Below the pieces are notes generated by a model. That model saw only the letters and a program-made list of their open reading frames with translations. It did no database searches and was not told where the DNA came from. Shown here piece by piece: positions 1 to 11,935 of a stretch of DNA of 64,000 nt; positions within the stretch are counted from its first letter, which is position 1, and every line of letters begins with the position of its first letter. Origin of the DNA: Eledone cirrhosa (Eukaryota); assembly GCA_964016885.1 (NCBI GenBank), contig OZ024766.1, positions 434,001 to 498,000 on the forward strand. The letters run 5' to 3'. A program made the translations under genes and the position numbers.

Positions 1-357
1 AAGCGATTTACAAGTGAAAGATTTCCAACACATTTCACAATGAAACGGTTTCTCTCCAGTGTGACTACGTATGTGGATGACCAGATGATGATTATAACCA
101 AAAGATTTCCCACATGTTTCACAGTGATAGGGTTTGTCTTTAATATGTATGAGTTTGTGTGTAGATAAATCATCTTCTGATGAGAAAGTTTTCCTACAAA
201 CCTCACAGCTATATTCAGGAATATTACTGTGTAATGATCCTTGTTCAGTACATGTTTCACTAGGTAAAGGTTTCTCACCACTGTATGTTTGTGTAACTGT
301 ATCTATATTGGTAGAAACAGGTGTGGAAGAAATGTCCAAGTGTTTAACGTCCTCCAT
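1..357 (-). CDS. C2H2 zinc-finger gene 1, 5' part only (runs off the window)
   Basis: ATG at 357; reads [110 protein letters not shown], open to position 1. Not in the ORF track. Possible acceptor TTATTTTACAG ending at 488 on the minus strand. Confidence 0.88.
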   Translation of the reverse strand, partial: MEDVKHLDISSTPVSTNIDTVTQTYSGEKPLPSETCTEQGSLHSNIPEYSCEVCRKTFSSEDDLSTHKLIHIKDKPYHCETCGKSFGYNHHLVIHIRSHTGEKPFHCEMCWKSFTCKSL

Positions 358-702
358 AGTAATTCTTGAAGAATTATTAAAAAATGAGAAATATCTGTGA
401 TTACGATCTATATGACTGATAGCAGATATTCTGGAAAAATAGTCGTACTTCTATTACAGGCTGTAATGGAACTCCTTGTTGACACAGCTGTAAAATAAGA
501 ATATGACAGTGGAAGACTGGTGTCAAGGTCATAATATATATATATATAAGCAGAAGGGGTATTCAATTTGTTGGTAATTCAACAAATATAAATCTTTATA
601 ACTGATTTAGAGCACTCTACAGTTTTCTAGAGTATAATATACAATGATATTAAATAAATAAATGGAAACTATATTTATAAAACCATATTTATTCTATTAT
701 AT

Positions 703-760
703 ATTCAATTATATATATTTCAAGGGTACCAAAATTTTGGTACGCTATCATCAGATAACA
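703..760 (-). ncRNA. Hammerhead-ribozyme-like motif (type I, palindromic stem III), probably degenerate
   Basis: Minus strand: CTGATGA TAGCGTACCAAA AT TTTGGTACCCTT GAAA TATATATA. Core boxes flank a long stem II; stem I is weak. Confidence 0.5.
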
Positions 761-917
761 CTCACACACACATATATATATATATATATATGTACCCTTA
801 TTATAGTATATATATATATGTTTATCCCGGGTTCAATCGGAGGTAACCACAGTAAGGTACTCAATACATAGCAAAGTATAAATATTTAATATAGAAATGG
901 CTTCTATAGGAAGCAGT

Positions 918-966
918 GTTTCCTGATGATTTCTTCCGAACGAAACAGTTCTAGTGATGTAGAAGC
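918..966 (+). ncRNA. Degenerate type I hammerhead-like motif
   Basis: GTTTC CTGATGA TTTC TTCC GAAC GAAAC A...T GTA GAAGC; stem I GTTTC/GAAGC, GTA triplet, first stem II pair mismatched. Confidence 0.4.
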
Positions 967-1031
967 CATTTCTATATTTTCTATATTAAATATATATGTA
1001 TATATATATAGAGAGAGATATAACCTTATCA

Positions 1032-1033
<2 letters not shown>

Positions 1034-1096
<63 letters not shown>
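1034..1096. repeat. (GT)n microsatellite
   Basis: Pure GT run of about 31 units. Confidence 0.98.
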
Positions 1097-1098
<2 letters not shown>

Positions 1099-1147
1099 CA
1101 GATGCGACCAGAAAGTTATAATTGCCTGTGTATATATAGACCCAATA

Positions 1148-1439
1148 AATTGTCTTTCAATAATTGTTTCTACTTTTGGCACAAGGCCAAAAAATTACCC
1201 AGTACATTACTGGTACTTCTTTTTATCGACCCTGTAAGGATGAAAGGCAAAGTTAACCTCGGCGGGATTTGAACACAGAATGGCAAGGACTGTAACTGAG
1301 TTCAAATCCCGCCGAGGTTAACTCTGCTTTTCATCCTTACCGGGTCGATAAAATAAAGTACCAGTAATGTACTGTGTAATTTTCTGGCCTTGTGCCAAAA
1401 GTAGAAACAATTATTTAAAGACAATTGTCTTTCAATAAT
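1148..1439. mobile_element. Fold-back (inverted) pair of SINE family B fragments with a 17-bp direct repeat
   Basis: 1148-1278 and 1296-1426 are reverse complements; AATTGTCTTTCAATAAT at 1148-1164 and 1423-1439. Confidence 0.85.
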
Positions 1440-1484
1440 GATGTGTGTGTGGATGTGTTTGTCTTAACAAACCCGGTTGTAGAT

Positions 1485-1773
1485 AAGTACACAATATCTG
1501 CTGTGTTAACAATACAAATAATACGTACTTTATATTTCAAGTCCAAGTGTAAAGTCAAGAAAGACCAGGAAAGCTAATTGTTCAGATGTTGGTGATTTAA
1601 ACCTATTTCTCACTGTCCTGTAAAATGTGGAACAACCAATTCACGATGTGGCGTAGTTTCTCATGAAATGAAATATTTAATCATGTAGGAGATGGAACAC
1701 CTACCCTGGAACATGTAGCTCACTCTATGTTATCTACAGAATATTAACTTTCATATTAACATGAGATAATTAC
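1485..1773 (-). promoter_or_regulatory. Conserved ~290-bp upstream element, copy 1
   Basis: Nearly identical block upstream of each MEDVK-type gene; contains acceptor-like CATTTTACAG|GACAG in gene orientation. Confidence 0.85.
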
Positions 1774-2249
1774 TAAATGAATTTAAATACAGTTATAATT
1801 AAGATGGCAAATACGTAAACAAGGTTTCCTTCCCTTGAATAACACCGGTGTCATATGCTAAAAGTCCCTGACCTAATTTAACATATTCAGAAAGACCTTC
1901 AGTTATATCAATTCGCTCCATCAGTTGTAAACAAGCTCGATGAAATAACCATCATCACCCAATAAAATAATTATCATGCATCAACGAGGCATTTTCTTCT
2001 CTTGTTGCTTGATTTGGTAGAAATAGCAACTAAATTACACTTTGATTCTTAAAATAGCGGAAGGACATATTCGGCAGTGAGAATATTTTTATTTTTTTTT
2101 AAATAATTTTTATCTGTCAGCATAAACGTCATCATAATATTAGAAATAAATAGAGAAAAAAGAAAGAAAAGGGAAGGGAAAAAACAAAACACACACAAGC
2201 AGGTAATACACATATCTAGAGTCAATATACAACAAAAGGGGTGGACAAA

Positions 2250-2515
2250 CGAACCGCTGCCAGAACAAAAGATAACAGTATCGCGAGGAGCACTGGAAAA
2301 CATCTCTAATTATTTTTGATGCAAGCCAGCACGATCGCAGCGCCACCTCGGGTGATGGCGAGGCTGATGCGGTGGAACAGCCAAGCGCCCCCACGAACAT
2401 CGCCAGTTACCTCGGTTAGGCGACCCGCAAGTGATGACAAGAACCTCGCACTCAGTAGCGCCACTTCCCCAAACGTCTCGAACGCCACAGGCCGGAAAAT
2501 GTACATAATCGACAG
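2250..2515 (-). promoter_or_regulatory. CpG-rich island, candidate promoter/first exon of gene 1
   Basis: GC/CpG-rich patch in AT-rich DNA; donor-like CCGAG|GTAACT at 2410 (minus); related sequence at about 54510-54620. Confidence 0.5.
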
Positions 2516-2557
2516 TACACACACACACATATATATATATGTGTGTAAATGTATGTT

Positions 2558-3018
2558 TCATCATCATCATTTTACGTCCACTTTTCCTTAGTTGGACGGG
2601 TCCTATTCAGCACAGCATCTCTCCACGCGTCATCTCCTCCATGAGTTTCAGCGATCTGAGGTCTGCTCTCACCACCTCTGCCCATGTTTTTTCGTGGTCT
2701 ACCTCTACTGCGTCTTCCTTCTACTGGGATTTCCTGGCACTTCTTCACCCAGTGGTCATCCTCCATGCGCATCACATGTCCATACCCTCTCAGCCTTCTC
2801 TCCCACACACCACAACTTATCCCTCTTATACCCAGTTTCTTTCTCAACTCGTCTATGCTTGGTCGTTCACGTACATTGACACTGCACATCCAACGGAGCA
2901 TACTCGCCTCATTTCTCTCCAGCCGTCGCATATCTTCTGCAGTTGCTGCCCATGTCTCACTACGATGCAGCATTGCACATCTCACACAGGCATCATATAA
3001 CAAGCCTTTCGTACGCAT
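2558..3018 (-). mobile_element. RTE-clade LINE 3' fragment with (GAT)n tail
   Basis: SETW..RRLERNEASMLRWMC..ERRLRGYGHVMRM..GRRSRGRPRK is the typical RTE ORF C-terminus; tail at 2558-2570. Confidence 0.9.
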
Positions 3019-3581
3019 ATATATATATATATGTCAGTGTGCTACTGGTAACATGTAACCCAGTACAACCTGTCTCATTGTCGGGTCATCAATGACTAAA
3101 CTGGCAACCCCACCAAAGCTTGCTTGGTGAGGAGGGTGATTTTTGGACACCCTGTGGGATGAAATACAAAAGCCAGCAATGGGCAGAGGAATTCAGCAGA
3201 GTCAACGGCCATCCAAATAGTACTTTTGTTTCCTCCCACCTGGGAGTGAAAGGCCCCCAGTTATTGTCATAACACCTTTCTAGGAGAGGGAAACACTGAA
3301 AAAAAAAAAAAAAAACCCTGCAGCTTTGGAAGCATCCAATGATGTTCACCAGTTCTCCTTTTCGGGTAGTGTTTTCGATGCTCAGAGAGTAGGATTGGTC
3401 GAGTGCAAAGCCTTTCCCCACTTAAAAAACCTTCAAAACACAGGCATTGCTTGTTCAGGATATGTTACAGGTTTGTGTGGCTGGCCTTAGCCTAAAAGTG
3501 CACCAAACTCTATAATCTGATAAGTGATTGCCATAGTCTTTGCAAAGTTTGCAGCCATGATATATATATAATACATATACA

Positions 3582-3847
3582 TCATCATTTCATTTTACGT
3601 CCGCTTTTTCCCTGCTTGCAAGGGTGGGACGGGAACTGATTTTGGCTTGATTTCTACAGCTGGATGCCCTTCCTAACACCAACCTCATTTACAGTGAGTG
3701 CTGGGTGCTTTTTGCCGTGGCACCTCCACAACCACTTCTGCAGTGGAATGATAGGGACCCCAGTCCCTATCATCTCAGTTCTACAGCTGAGTAAACTGGA
3801 GCAATGTGAAATAAAGTGTCTTGCTCAAGGAAACAACACATCACCCG
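3582..3847 (-). mobile_element. SINE family A, 5'-truncated
   Basis: Reverse complement of the body and tail of the copy at 4680-5025. Confidence 0.85.
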
Positions 3848-4254
3848 ATCAATGTTACAATAAAATAAACCTTCAGTTGAACATGAGAATAGTCTGTAAG
3901 TGACATGTTGCTCCCCAGCTAACCTGAACACTCAGTAGAGTGAGGGAATATCAGTAATAATGTCGGCCTCCAGCTCACCTGAGAGATGGGTAGCACCACT
4001 TCAGTCCTGACTTGGTCTGTCAGATGTTCCAAACTTACCAGCAGAGAAAAGACATTTAATGATGATGAACAGGAAATGTTGAGATTGCCAAAAATACTCT
4101 CAAGTTTTTTAGATTAAAAATGAAATAAAGAGGACAAGGATGAGAAGTAAAGATTTTAATCTCAAATAAAAATAGCATCTAAAAAAATGGCAAGCAATCT
4201 TTGGAGTCTGTAGAACTGCTAAGGGTTCAATTTTGCTATTTATGGACAACAAGT

Positions 4255-4553
<299 letters not shown>

Positions 4554-4668
4554 TCATCATCATCATTTTACGCCCGCTTTTCCCTGCTTGCAAGGGTGGG
4601 ACGGGAACTGATTCTGGCTTGATTTCTACACCTGGATGCCCTTCCTAACAGCAGCCTCATTTACAGTG
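4554..4668 (-). mobile_element. SINE family A 3' tail fragment
   Basis: Inverted match to the 3' tail of the adjacent copy. Confidence 0.8.
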
Positions 4669-4679
4669 GTATATATATT

Positions 4680-5025
4680 GGAGGCACATGGCTTAGTGGT
4701 TAGAGCATTGGCCTTGCAATCTAAAGGTTGCAAGTTCAATTCTCAAACCAGGTGATGTGTTGTTTCCTTGAGCAAGACACTTTATTTCACATTGCTCCAG
4801 TTTACTCAGCTGTAGAAATGCGATGATAGGGACTGGGGTCCCTATCATTCCACTGCAAAGTGGTCGTGGAGGTGCCATGGCAAAAAAGCACCCAGCACTC
4901 ACTGTAAATGAGGTTGGTGTTAGGAAGGGCATCCAGCTGTAGATATCAAGCCAGAATCAGTTCCCGTCCCACCCTTGCAAGCAGGGAAAAAGCAGACGTG
5001 AAATGATGATGATGAAAATGATGAT
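4680..5025 (+). mobile_element. SINE family A, full length (tRNA head, CORE-like domain, RTE-type tail)
   Basis: A box TGGCTTAGTGG, B-box-like AGTTCAATTC; CCTTGAGCAAGACACTT...CAGTTTACTCAGCTGTAGAAATG resembles the CORE domain; 3' end shared with the RTE fragments; (GAT)n tail. Confidence 0.88.
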
Positions 5026-5877
5026 ATATATATATATATATATGCATGTACATACATATCTACTCACAATTAATATTGCAAAACAGCACCGAGAGTTGTC
5101 TTGGTGATTGGTAATTACCACAATTCCAGTTTGTATTTATTTTCTTGATTTTTTCTTCAATTGGGACAAGCGAACCCTGTTGTCTATAGTTAGTATTCTT
5201 TTCACCTTAGCGAATCTGGTCCCTTGCGGTTTGAACACATATATCTATATATTTGTGTTCATTTTTCTTTTATATTCTATTATAATTATATATATATATG
5301 TATATATATTTGGTATAAATCAAAGTTGTAGCTGCCTATCAAAGTTAGTGGCCCTGTAATCTGGATATTGTTAAATATTCTAATATTGCAGTTTTAAAAT
5401 TCGATAGAATTTGAAACATTTTAAATATCAATGACGTGTTTGTGTTGGATGTATTAAAACTACTTTCAAGATGATATCATTACATATGGTGGTAATAACA
5501 GAGATTTAGATGGGTGTTAGATGTAATAAAACTACTTATAAGATGATATCATTACATATGGTGTTAATAACAGAGATTTAGATGGGAAAATAAGGAAAAG
5601 TTGAAGTTACAGACTTAACAAATTCCTCAAATCTAATTCTTTTATTAACAACATATGGCATGAAATATAGGACATAAATACATTTATAAATATATAATTA
5701 ATTCTGAATAATTAATAAATCATTTACAAAAGAAACAAATCAATAAAAAAAAGAGAGTCAGAAAGAGAATAAGAGAAGCACACTCCCTCTAAATTTACAA
5801 CCTGAAATTTCTAACATAGATGACAAATGGATTTCAAACAGGATAAGATCTGAAAACAATTTTTTAAATGACAAACA

Positions 5878-6010
5878 ATATTTGGACTCTATAGAACTTC
5901 TAAAAGTTCAATATTTGGAATCTACAGAACTTCTAAAAGTTCAATATTTGGAATCTATAGAACTGCTAAGAGTTCAAAATTTGGACACTATAGAATGGCC
6001 TAGTGTTAAA
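5878..6010. repeat. 33-bp tandem repeat, about 4 copies
   Basis: Unit ATATTTGGAATCTATAGAACTTCTAAAAGTTCA, 3' of gene 2. Confidence 0.85.
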
Positions 6011-6074
6011 TTTTGATGTTGGTGGGCAACAAGCTTTGATTTATGAGAGAAATGGTTGTTAAATGATTCACAGT

Positions 6075-7373
6075 TTAAAGGTTTCCCTCCAGGGTGTGTG
6101 TGCAATTGTGTTTCTTTAAGTTACTATTTCGGATAAAAGATATCCCACATATTTCACAGTGATAGGGTTTTTCTCCTGTGTGTGTCCTTTTATGTCTCGT
6201 TAAATGACTCCGTGTAACAAAACATTTCCCACATATTTCACAGTGATAGGGTTTTTCTCCAGTATGTGTTCTTTTATGTACAGTTAAATCACTGCTTTTC
6301 ACAAAAGCTTTCCCACATATTTCACAGTGATAGGGTTTTTCTCCTGTGTGTGTTCTTTTATGTCTCGTTAAATGACTCCGTGTAATAAAACATTTCCCAC
6401 ATATTTCACAGTGATAGGGTTTTTCTCCAGTATGTGTTCTTTTATGTATAGTTAAATCACTGCTTTTCACAAAAGCTTTCCCACATATTTCACAGTGATA
6501 GGGTTTTTCTCCAGTGTGAGTTCTTTTGTGAATGAGAAGGCCAGCATTTTCAGTGAAGGTTTTCCCACATATTTCACAATGGGAAGGTTTTTCTCCACTA
6601 TGTCTACGTATGTGGACATAAAGACTAGAACTGTGAGCGAACAATTTTCCACATATTTCACAGTGATAGGGTTTTTCTCCTGTGTGTGTTCTTTTGTGTG
6701 TAGTCAAGTCACAGTTCAAACCAAAAGATTTCCCACATATTTCACAGTGGAAGGGTTTCTCTCCAGTGTGCGTTCTTTTGTGTATAGTTAAATTAGTGTT
6801 AGTAGCAAAAGATTTTCCACATATCTCACAGTGGAAAGGTTTTTCTCTAGTGTGTGTTCTTTTGTGTGTAGTTAAAGTATCTTTGTGAACAAAATACTTC
6901 CCACATATTTCACAGTGGACGGGTTTCTCTCTAGTGTGTGTTCTTTTATGTATAATTAAATTAGTGTTAGTAGCAAAAGATTTTCCACATATCTCACAGT
7001 GATATGGCTTTTCTCCAGTGTGACTACGTATGTGGTTAACAAGGGATGCCTTTCTCGCGAACAATAGCCCACATATTTCACAATGGAAGGGTTTTTCTCC
7101 AGTGTGACTACGTATGTGGATGACGAGATAAGATTTATAAGCGAAAGATTTCCCACATATTATGCAGTACAACTGTTTTTCCCTAGTGTGTATGTCTTTG
7201 TGTGCAGATAATTCATCTTTTGAAGAGAAAGTTTTCTTACAAACCCCACAGCTATATTCAGGAATATTTCCGTGTAATGATCCTTGTTCAGTACATGTTT
7301 CACTAGGTATATATGTATCTATATTGGTAGAAACAGGCGTATTACAAATGTCCAAGGGTTTAACGTCCTCCAT
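6075..7373 (-). CDS. C2H2 zinc-finger gene 2, 432 aa, about 14 fingers
   Basis: Intact ORF, MEDVKPLDIC leader, CxxC-x12-HxxxH repeats with TGEKP linkers. Confidence 0.95.
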   Translation of the reverse strand: MEDVKPLDICNTPVSTNIDTYIPSETCTEQGSLHGNIPEYSCGVCKKTFSSKDELSAHKDIHTREKQLYCIICGKSFAYKSYLVIHIRSHTGEKPFHCEICGLLFARKASLVNHIRSHTGEKPYHCEICGKSFATNTNLIIHKRTHTREKPVHCEICGKYFVHKDTLTTHKRTHTREKPFHCEICGKSFATNTNLTIHKRTHTGEKPFHCEICGKSFGLNCDLTTHKRTHTGEKPYHCEICGKLFAHSSSLYVHIRRHSGEKPSHCEICGKTFTENAGLLIHKRTHTGEKPYHCEICGKAFVKSSDLTIHKRTHTGEKPYHCEICGKCFITRSHLTRHKRTHTGEKPYHCEICGKAFVKSSDLTVHKRTHTGEKPYHCEICGKCFVTRSHLTRHKRTHTGEKPYHCEICGISFIRNSNLKKHNCTHTLEGNL

Positions 7374-7504
7374 AGTAATTCTTGAAGAATTCTTAACAGT
7401 TGAGAAATATTTGTGATTATATACTGAAAGTTCAGAAGAAGTATGATTGTGTAAGAGTGATTTGGGGGGGACCTAAATTGTGTGTATGAGCAAGGAGTGT
7501 AGAA

Positions 7505-7793
7505 AAGTACACAATATCTGCTGTGTTAACAATACAAATAATACGTACTTTATATTTCAAGTCCAAGTGTAAAATCAATAAAGACCAGGAAAGCTAATTG
7601 TTCAGATGTTGGTGAATTAAACCTATTTCTCACTGTCCTGTAAAATGTGGAACAACCAATTCACGATGTAGCGTAGTTTCTCATGAAATGAAATATTTAA
7701 TCATGTAGGAGATGGAACACCTACCCTGGAACATGTAGCTCACTCTATGTTATCTACAGAATATTAACTTTCACTTTAACATGAGATAATTAC
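7505..7793 (-). promoter_or_regulatory. Conserved upstream element, copy 2
   Basis: About 6 differences from copy 1 by eye; flanks on both sides diverged. Confidence 0.85.
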
Positions 7794-8518
7794 AACAGAA
7801 GATATAATTAGATTAATTAAGATGACAAGTACGCAGTTACGATGATAATATTTAATGCTCCTGAAAGACACCGGTGTCGTACGTTAAAAGTCCCTAATAT
7901 AATTTAGTGCATTCAGATCGAATGCACGTATCGAGCTGATGGTAAAACCAGCATCACCCAGTAAAATAACCTGGTAGAAATAGTCGCCAAATCAAATGTG
8001 TGTCTGTGTGTAGCGAAAGAAATGTTTTCCCACGGTGTTTTTTTTCCTTACGGACACTACGGCCTAGCACAGATGAAACTAGATAAATTTCCCCGGTGGA
8101 AGCATTTACGTGGCCAATTGTATGAAAGGAGAACATTTTCTAGGGCCATCTGTTACAGTAGAGTGCAGAGAGGGCGATGGCCCCGGGCGTCCTTTGGATG
8201 GAGGCATTATTTGAGGAGAAGAACTTAATAAATTTGATTCATTTATATTAAAATCGAATAACGCGTTTATTTCATGTTTCATCTGGTTTTTTTTATATAT
8301 TCAAAATATTTTCCTTTCGCATACTATTTCTCAGCATATTAGGCATCACCAGAGCTCTGCACGCCGCTGATCTATCATCTATCAATAAAATAAGCAGCGG
8401 TCATAATAAATAGGCTGAACTTCGTAGTAATTGGTGGAGCGTCGGGCATCATGCGTTATGGCATATAGTTACGTTTATGTTCTGAGTTAAAATCCAGCCG
8501 AGGTTAGCTTTAATAATA

Positions 8519-8943
8519 ATAATTGTTTCTACTTTTGGCACAAGGCCAGCAATTATGCCAGTGTATTACTGGTACTTTATTTTATCGACCCTGTAATAAT
8601 TGTTTCTACTTTTGGCACAAGGCCAGCAAATACCCCAGTGTATTACTGGTACTTTATTTTATCGACCCTGTAATAATTGTTTCTACTTTTGGCACAAGGC
8701 CAGCAAATACCCCAGTGTATTACTGGTACTTTATTTTATCGACCCTGTAATAATTGTTTCTACTTTTGGCACAAGGCCAGCAAATACCCCAGTGTATTAC
8801 TGGTACTTTATTTTATCGACCCCGTAAGGATGAAAGGCGCAAAGTTTACCTCGGCGGGATTTGAACTCAGATCGTAAAGGGCCGTAACTCTATGCGACAA
8901 AGCATGGCGTCCGACCCTCTACCGATACTGCCAATCCACCGCC
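8519..8943 (-). mobile_element. SINE family B with its 3' 77 bp tandemly amplified four times (8519-8825)
   Basis: tRNA-like head (GGCGGTGGATTGGCAGTATCGGTAGAG, GAGTTCAAATCCC) and CCTTTCATCCTTACGGGGTCGATAAAATAAAGTACCAG body; 77-bp period visible in the staggered ORFs at 8523/8600/8677. Confidence 0.9.
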
Positions 8944-9394
8944 AGGAAAGTGAACAGTGTGTGCGAGTCATGAAATACATGTATGAGTGTATATGGAGAG
9001 ATGGAATATCAGGCGTAGTGTTGGCGAATTTAAAAAAAGGATCTAAGTTTTACCGGGTGTCCACCAAAATTTGATATTTTGTACTCTAATAACTGTTTCT
9101 ACTTTTGGCACAAGGCCACTGAGTCTGAATCTGAGTTCTACCACACAGTAGTCTGAGTCTGAGTCTGTGTCTTCTTTTTTCAAGTTGAAGAATTACATTC
9201 AATAAAAATTAAAGACATTTTTGTGTTAGAATATGCTCAGATACAGTCAAACGACGACGTAATATTTGGAGGACTCCCTGTACGTTAAACAAGAAATGTT
9301 AGGGCCCTCTAGAACAGTCATGGGCAAACTGCAGCCCTTGAGCTGCCTTTGGCCGTTTGGCTTCCTGAGAGGGTCGATAGGGGGCTGAGCCCTC

Positions 9395-9600
9395 AAACAC
9401 ACCTTCCAGCAAAACCAACCAGCAGGAGACCCAGGGGTAGACCCCAAGCAAGATGGTTGGATAACATACATGAGCTTGGGGGGGGGGGGGTCTCACTTGG
9501 GGATCCAGCCAGATCAGTTGGAGACAGTTGATCCTGACAAGACGTGCTGGAAGAAGTGTTTTAGGACGCTGCGCACACGACCCTCTCAGGAATAAGTGGG
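9395..9600 (+). mobile_element. RTE-like LINE 3' fragment
   Basis: AKPTSRRPRGRPQARWLDNI; related copy at 20655-20830. Confidence 0.7.
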
Positions 9601-10691
9601 TGAATAAGGAGGACGCGGAGGGGTGGGGTGGGGTGGGGAGGAGGAGAAGAACAACAACAACAATACGTAAAAGGTTAAAAAAAAAAAACCGTCCATTTAT
9701 TTTAGGAAAGTTCTGGTATAATACAAATAGCGCTAATTCTGTGAAATTACTCTTATAACGGTTTTTGATTTAGACACAAAGGCCAACAATTTTGAGGGAA
9801 GAGAAAGTCTATTAAATCGACCCCGTAAGGATGAAAGGCAAAGTTAACCTCGGCGGGATTTGAACTCAGAATGGCAAGGGGGAATATTAACAAAGTTTAG
9901 CTGAATCAGATGAAAATAAGAGTCAAAGGGAAGTAACTCTTGTAACGTATACAGATTTTCAACGCCCTCCCTCTAATTTTCTATTTTACTCTTTATTTCT
10001 TGTTTAAATACTCTATTATTCTTACTCTGTCTCTCCTGTACTCTCTTTCCGTCTGTTTAATTCCACCCCTCTCTCTCTACCATTTACGTTTTTTCCCCTC
10101 TCCCCGTATTTCCTCTACTCTCTCATATATATTTAGACAGTTTTGGCTGCTATTTCCAGCGTCACTATGGTCCTGTCATGTCCTAATACAGAGTACTATA
10201 TATTCATATAATAATTCAACAACATAGAACACCATGAGGTCGTCAACAAAATACTATGTAGATACAATAACCTGAAACACGGAGAAAGGTTGATTTAAAT
10301 AAATGACAAATGTAACACAAGCTATGACTGGAGGTTCAAATATCTTTAAATAGAATGTTGTAATCAAACAATTATTAAATTAATTACCTGTTGTTATACT
10401 CTATTATTCTTACTCTGCCTCTCCTGTACTCTCTTTCCGTCTGTTTAATTCCACCCCTCTCTCTCTACCATTTACGTTTTTCCCCCTTCCCGTATTTCCT
10501 CTACTCTCTCATATATATTTAGACAGATTTGGCTGCTATTTCCAGCGTCACTATGGTCCTGTCGTCTCATCTTAATTACTATAAAAGTCGCCATCTTATC
10601 ATAGCTAGGCAATTTAGAAGACATGGCAGCAACATTTGTAAAATGAAAGTAATTTCACTTAAACAGCGATGGAGAGAGTAAAGACTTGTTA

Positions 10692-10773
10692 TACAGTGTC
10701 CCCCAAAAATCTATACATACTTCAACAGCATTCTAATCAAAGTGTGTATACATTTTTGGGGGGACACCCCGTA
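10692..10773. mobile_element. Tiny Tc1/mariner-type MITE
   Basis: TA-CAGTGTCCCCCAAAAATCTATACA...TGTATACATTTTTGGGGGGACACCCCG-TA; inverted termini and TA flanks; copy at 19519-19599. Confidence 0.7.
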
Positions 10774-10901
10774 TTTATTTTTGTTGAAATACATTGTCTT
10801 ACATGAAGTTGTGCAACTTGAAAAAACCAGATTTTATAACTGTTCGATTGCTAAGTAAACAATATACACACACACACGTGTGTGTATATCTATATATATA
10901 T

Positions 10902-11285
10902 GGAGGCACATGGCTTAGTGGTTAGAGCATTGGGCTTGCAATCGAAAGGTTGTGAGTTCAATTCTCAGACCGGGTGATGTGTTGTTTCCTTGAGCAAGAA
11001 ACTTTATTTCCCATTGCTCCAGTTTACTCAGCTGTAGAAATGAGATGATAGGGACCCCAGTCCCTATCATCCCACTGTAAAGTGGTCGTGTAGGTGCCAT
11101 GGCAAAAAAGCACCCAGCACTCACTGTAAATGAGGTTGGTGTTAGGTAGGGCATCCAGCTGTAGAAATCAGTTCCCGTATGAGCAAGACAAGGTCAGCCA
11201 ACCGGACACTGCCCACAACAGGACAACCCGTCTAACCCATTCTAGTGTGGAAGAATGGACGTAAAACAGTGATGATGATGATGAT
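10902..11285 (+). mobile_element. SINE family A, full length, variant tail
   Basis: Same head and body as 4680-5025; (GAT)n tail. Confidence 0.88.
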
Positions 11286-11935
11286 TACTCTATATTTACT
11301 ATTGTATTTTAAAGACTTTACACCACATATTATCGAATCTATGAGATTTTGATATTATTCATTTTGAGAACAATACTTTAACATAAGTATAAGCAGCCGG
11401 TTATAGCTAGTTTCAACAGAAAGAGGTGAGAGAATTCTGACCGGATTAAATGTTAAATCAGTCATGTTGAACATCCGGCCCGCGAAGCTTTCCGAATGGC
11501 TTGCCTAAGTCACCTAAGTGAAATATTTCTGATTATTTTACCCCAACTTTTCAGTCGTAATTTATCTTTCTATCATTTTTACGAGGAAAACAATGAATAC
11601 GAATTCTGAAGAAACAAATCAAAACAACCTCAGTTACCGCTCTGTTTTTTAATGTGAGGGGGCGGGGGCACGAATGTAAATTAGCGCTTGTGGCCCACCT
11701 GATGATGAGCCAAATTTTATGTGCCATTTCTTGGAAAAGATTGCCCATGCATCTGCTAAAGCGTTAAGTGTGTCTGTTCACACTTTATCCAAACTTTCCT
11801 GAGGAAGGACTTCTGACTGTGTCTTTGTAAACAACTGTTTGAAACAAAACCTTTCCCACATATTTCAAAATGTTATGATTTCTCTCCAGTTTGTGTTTCT
11901 TTGTGTATCTTTAAAGTACTTTTTTTTTTACATAT

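Noticed and set aside
904-1272. ORFs with (HT)n or (VC)n runs
   Set aside because: Translations of the (GT)n microsatellite.
3030-3560. GC-richer segment with a 110-aa ORF, possibly a decayed retroelement piece
   Set aside because: No motif could be identified with confidence, and the frame crosses a poly(A) run.
4680-4755. tRNA genes at SINE heads (also 10902, 23505, 28458)
   Set aside because: A/B boxes run into SINE bodies and tails, with no complete cloverleaf evident.
8519-8825. 77-bp and 90-bp arrays as CRISPR-like repeats
   Set aside because: No unique spacers, eukaryotic context; the 77-mer is an amplified SINE tail.
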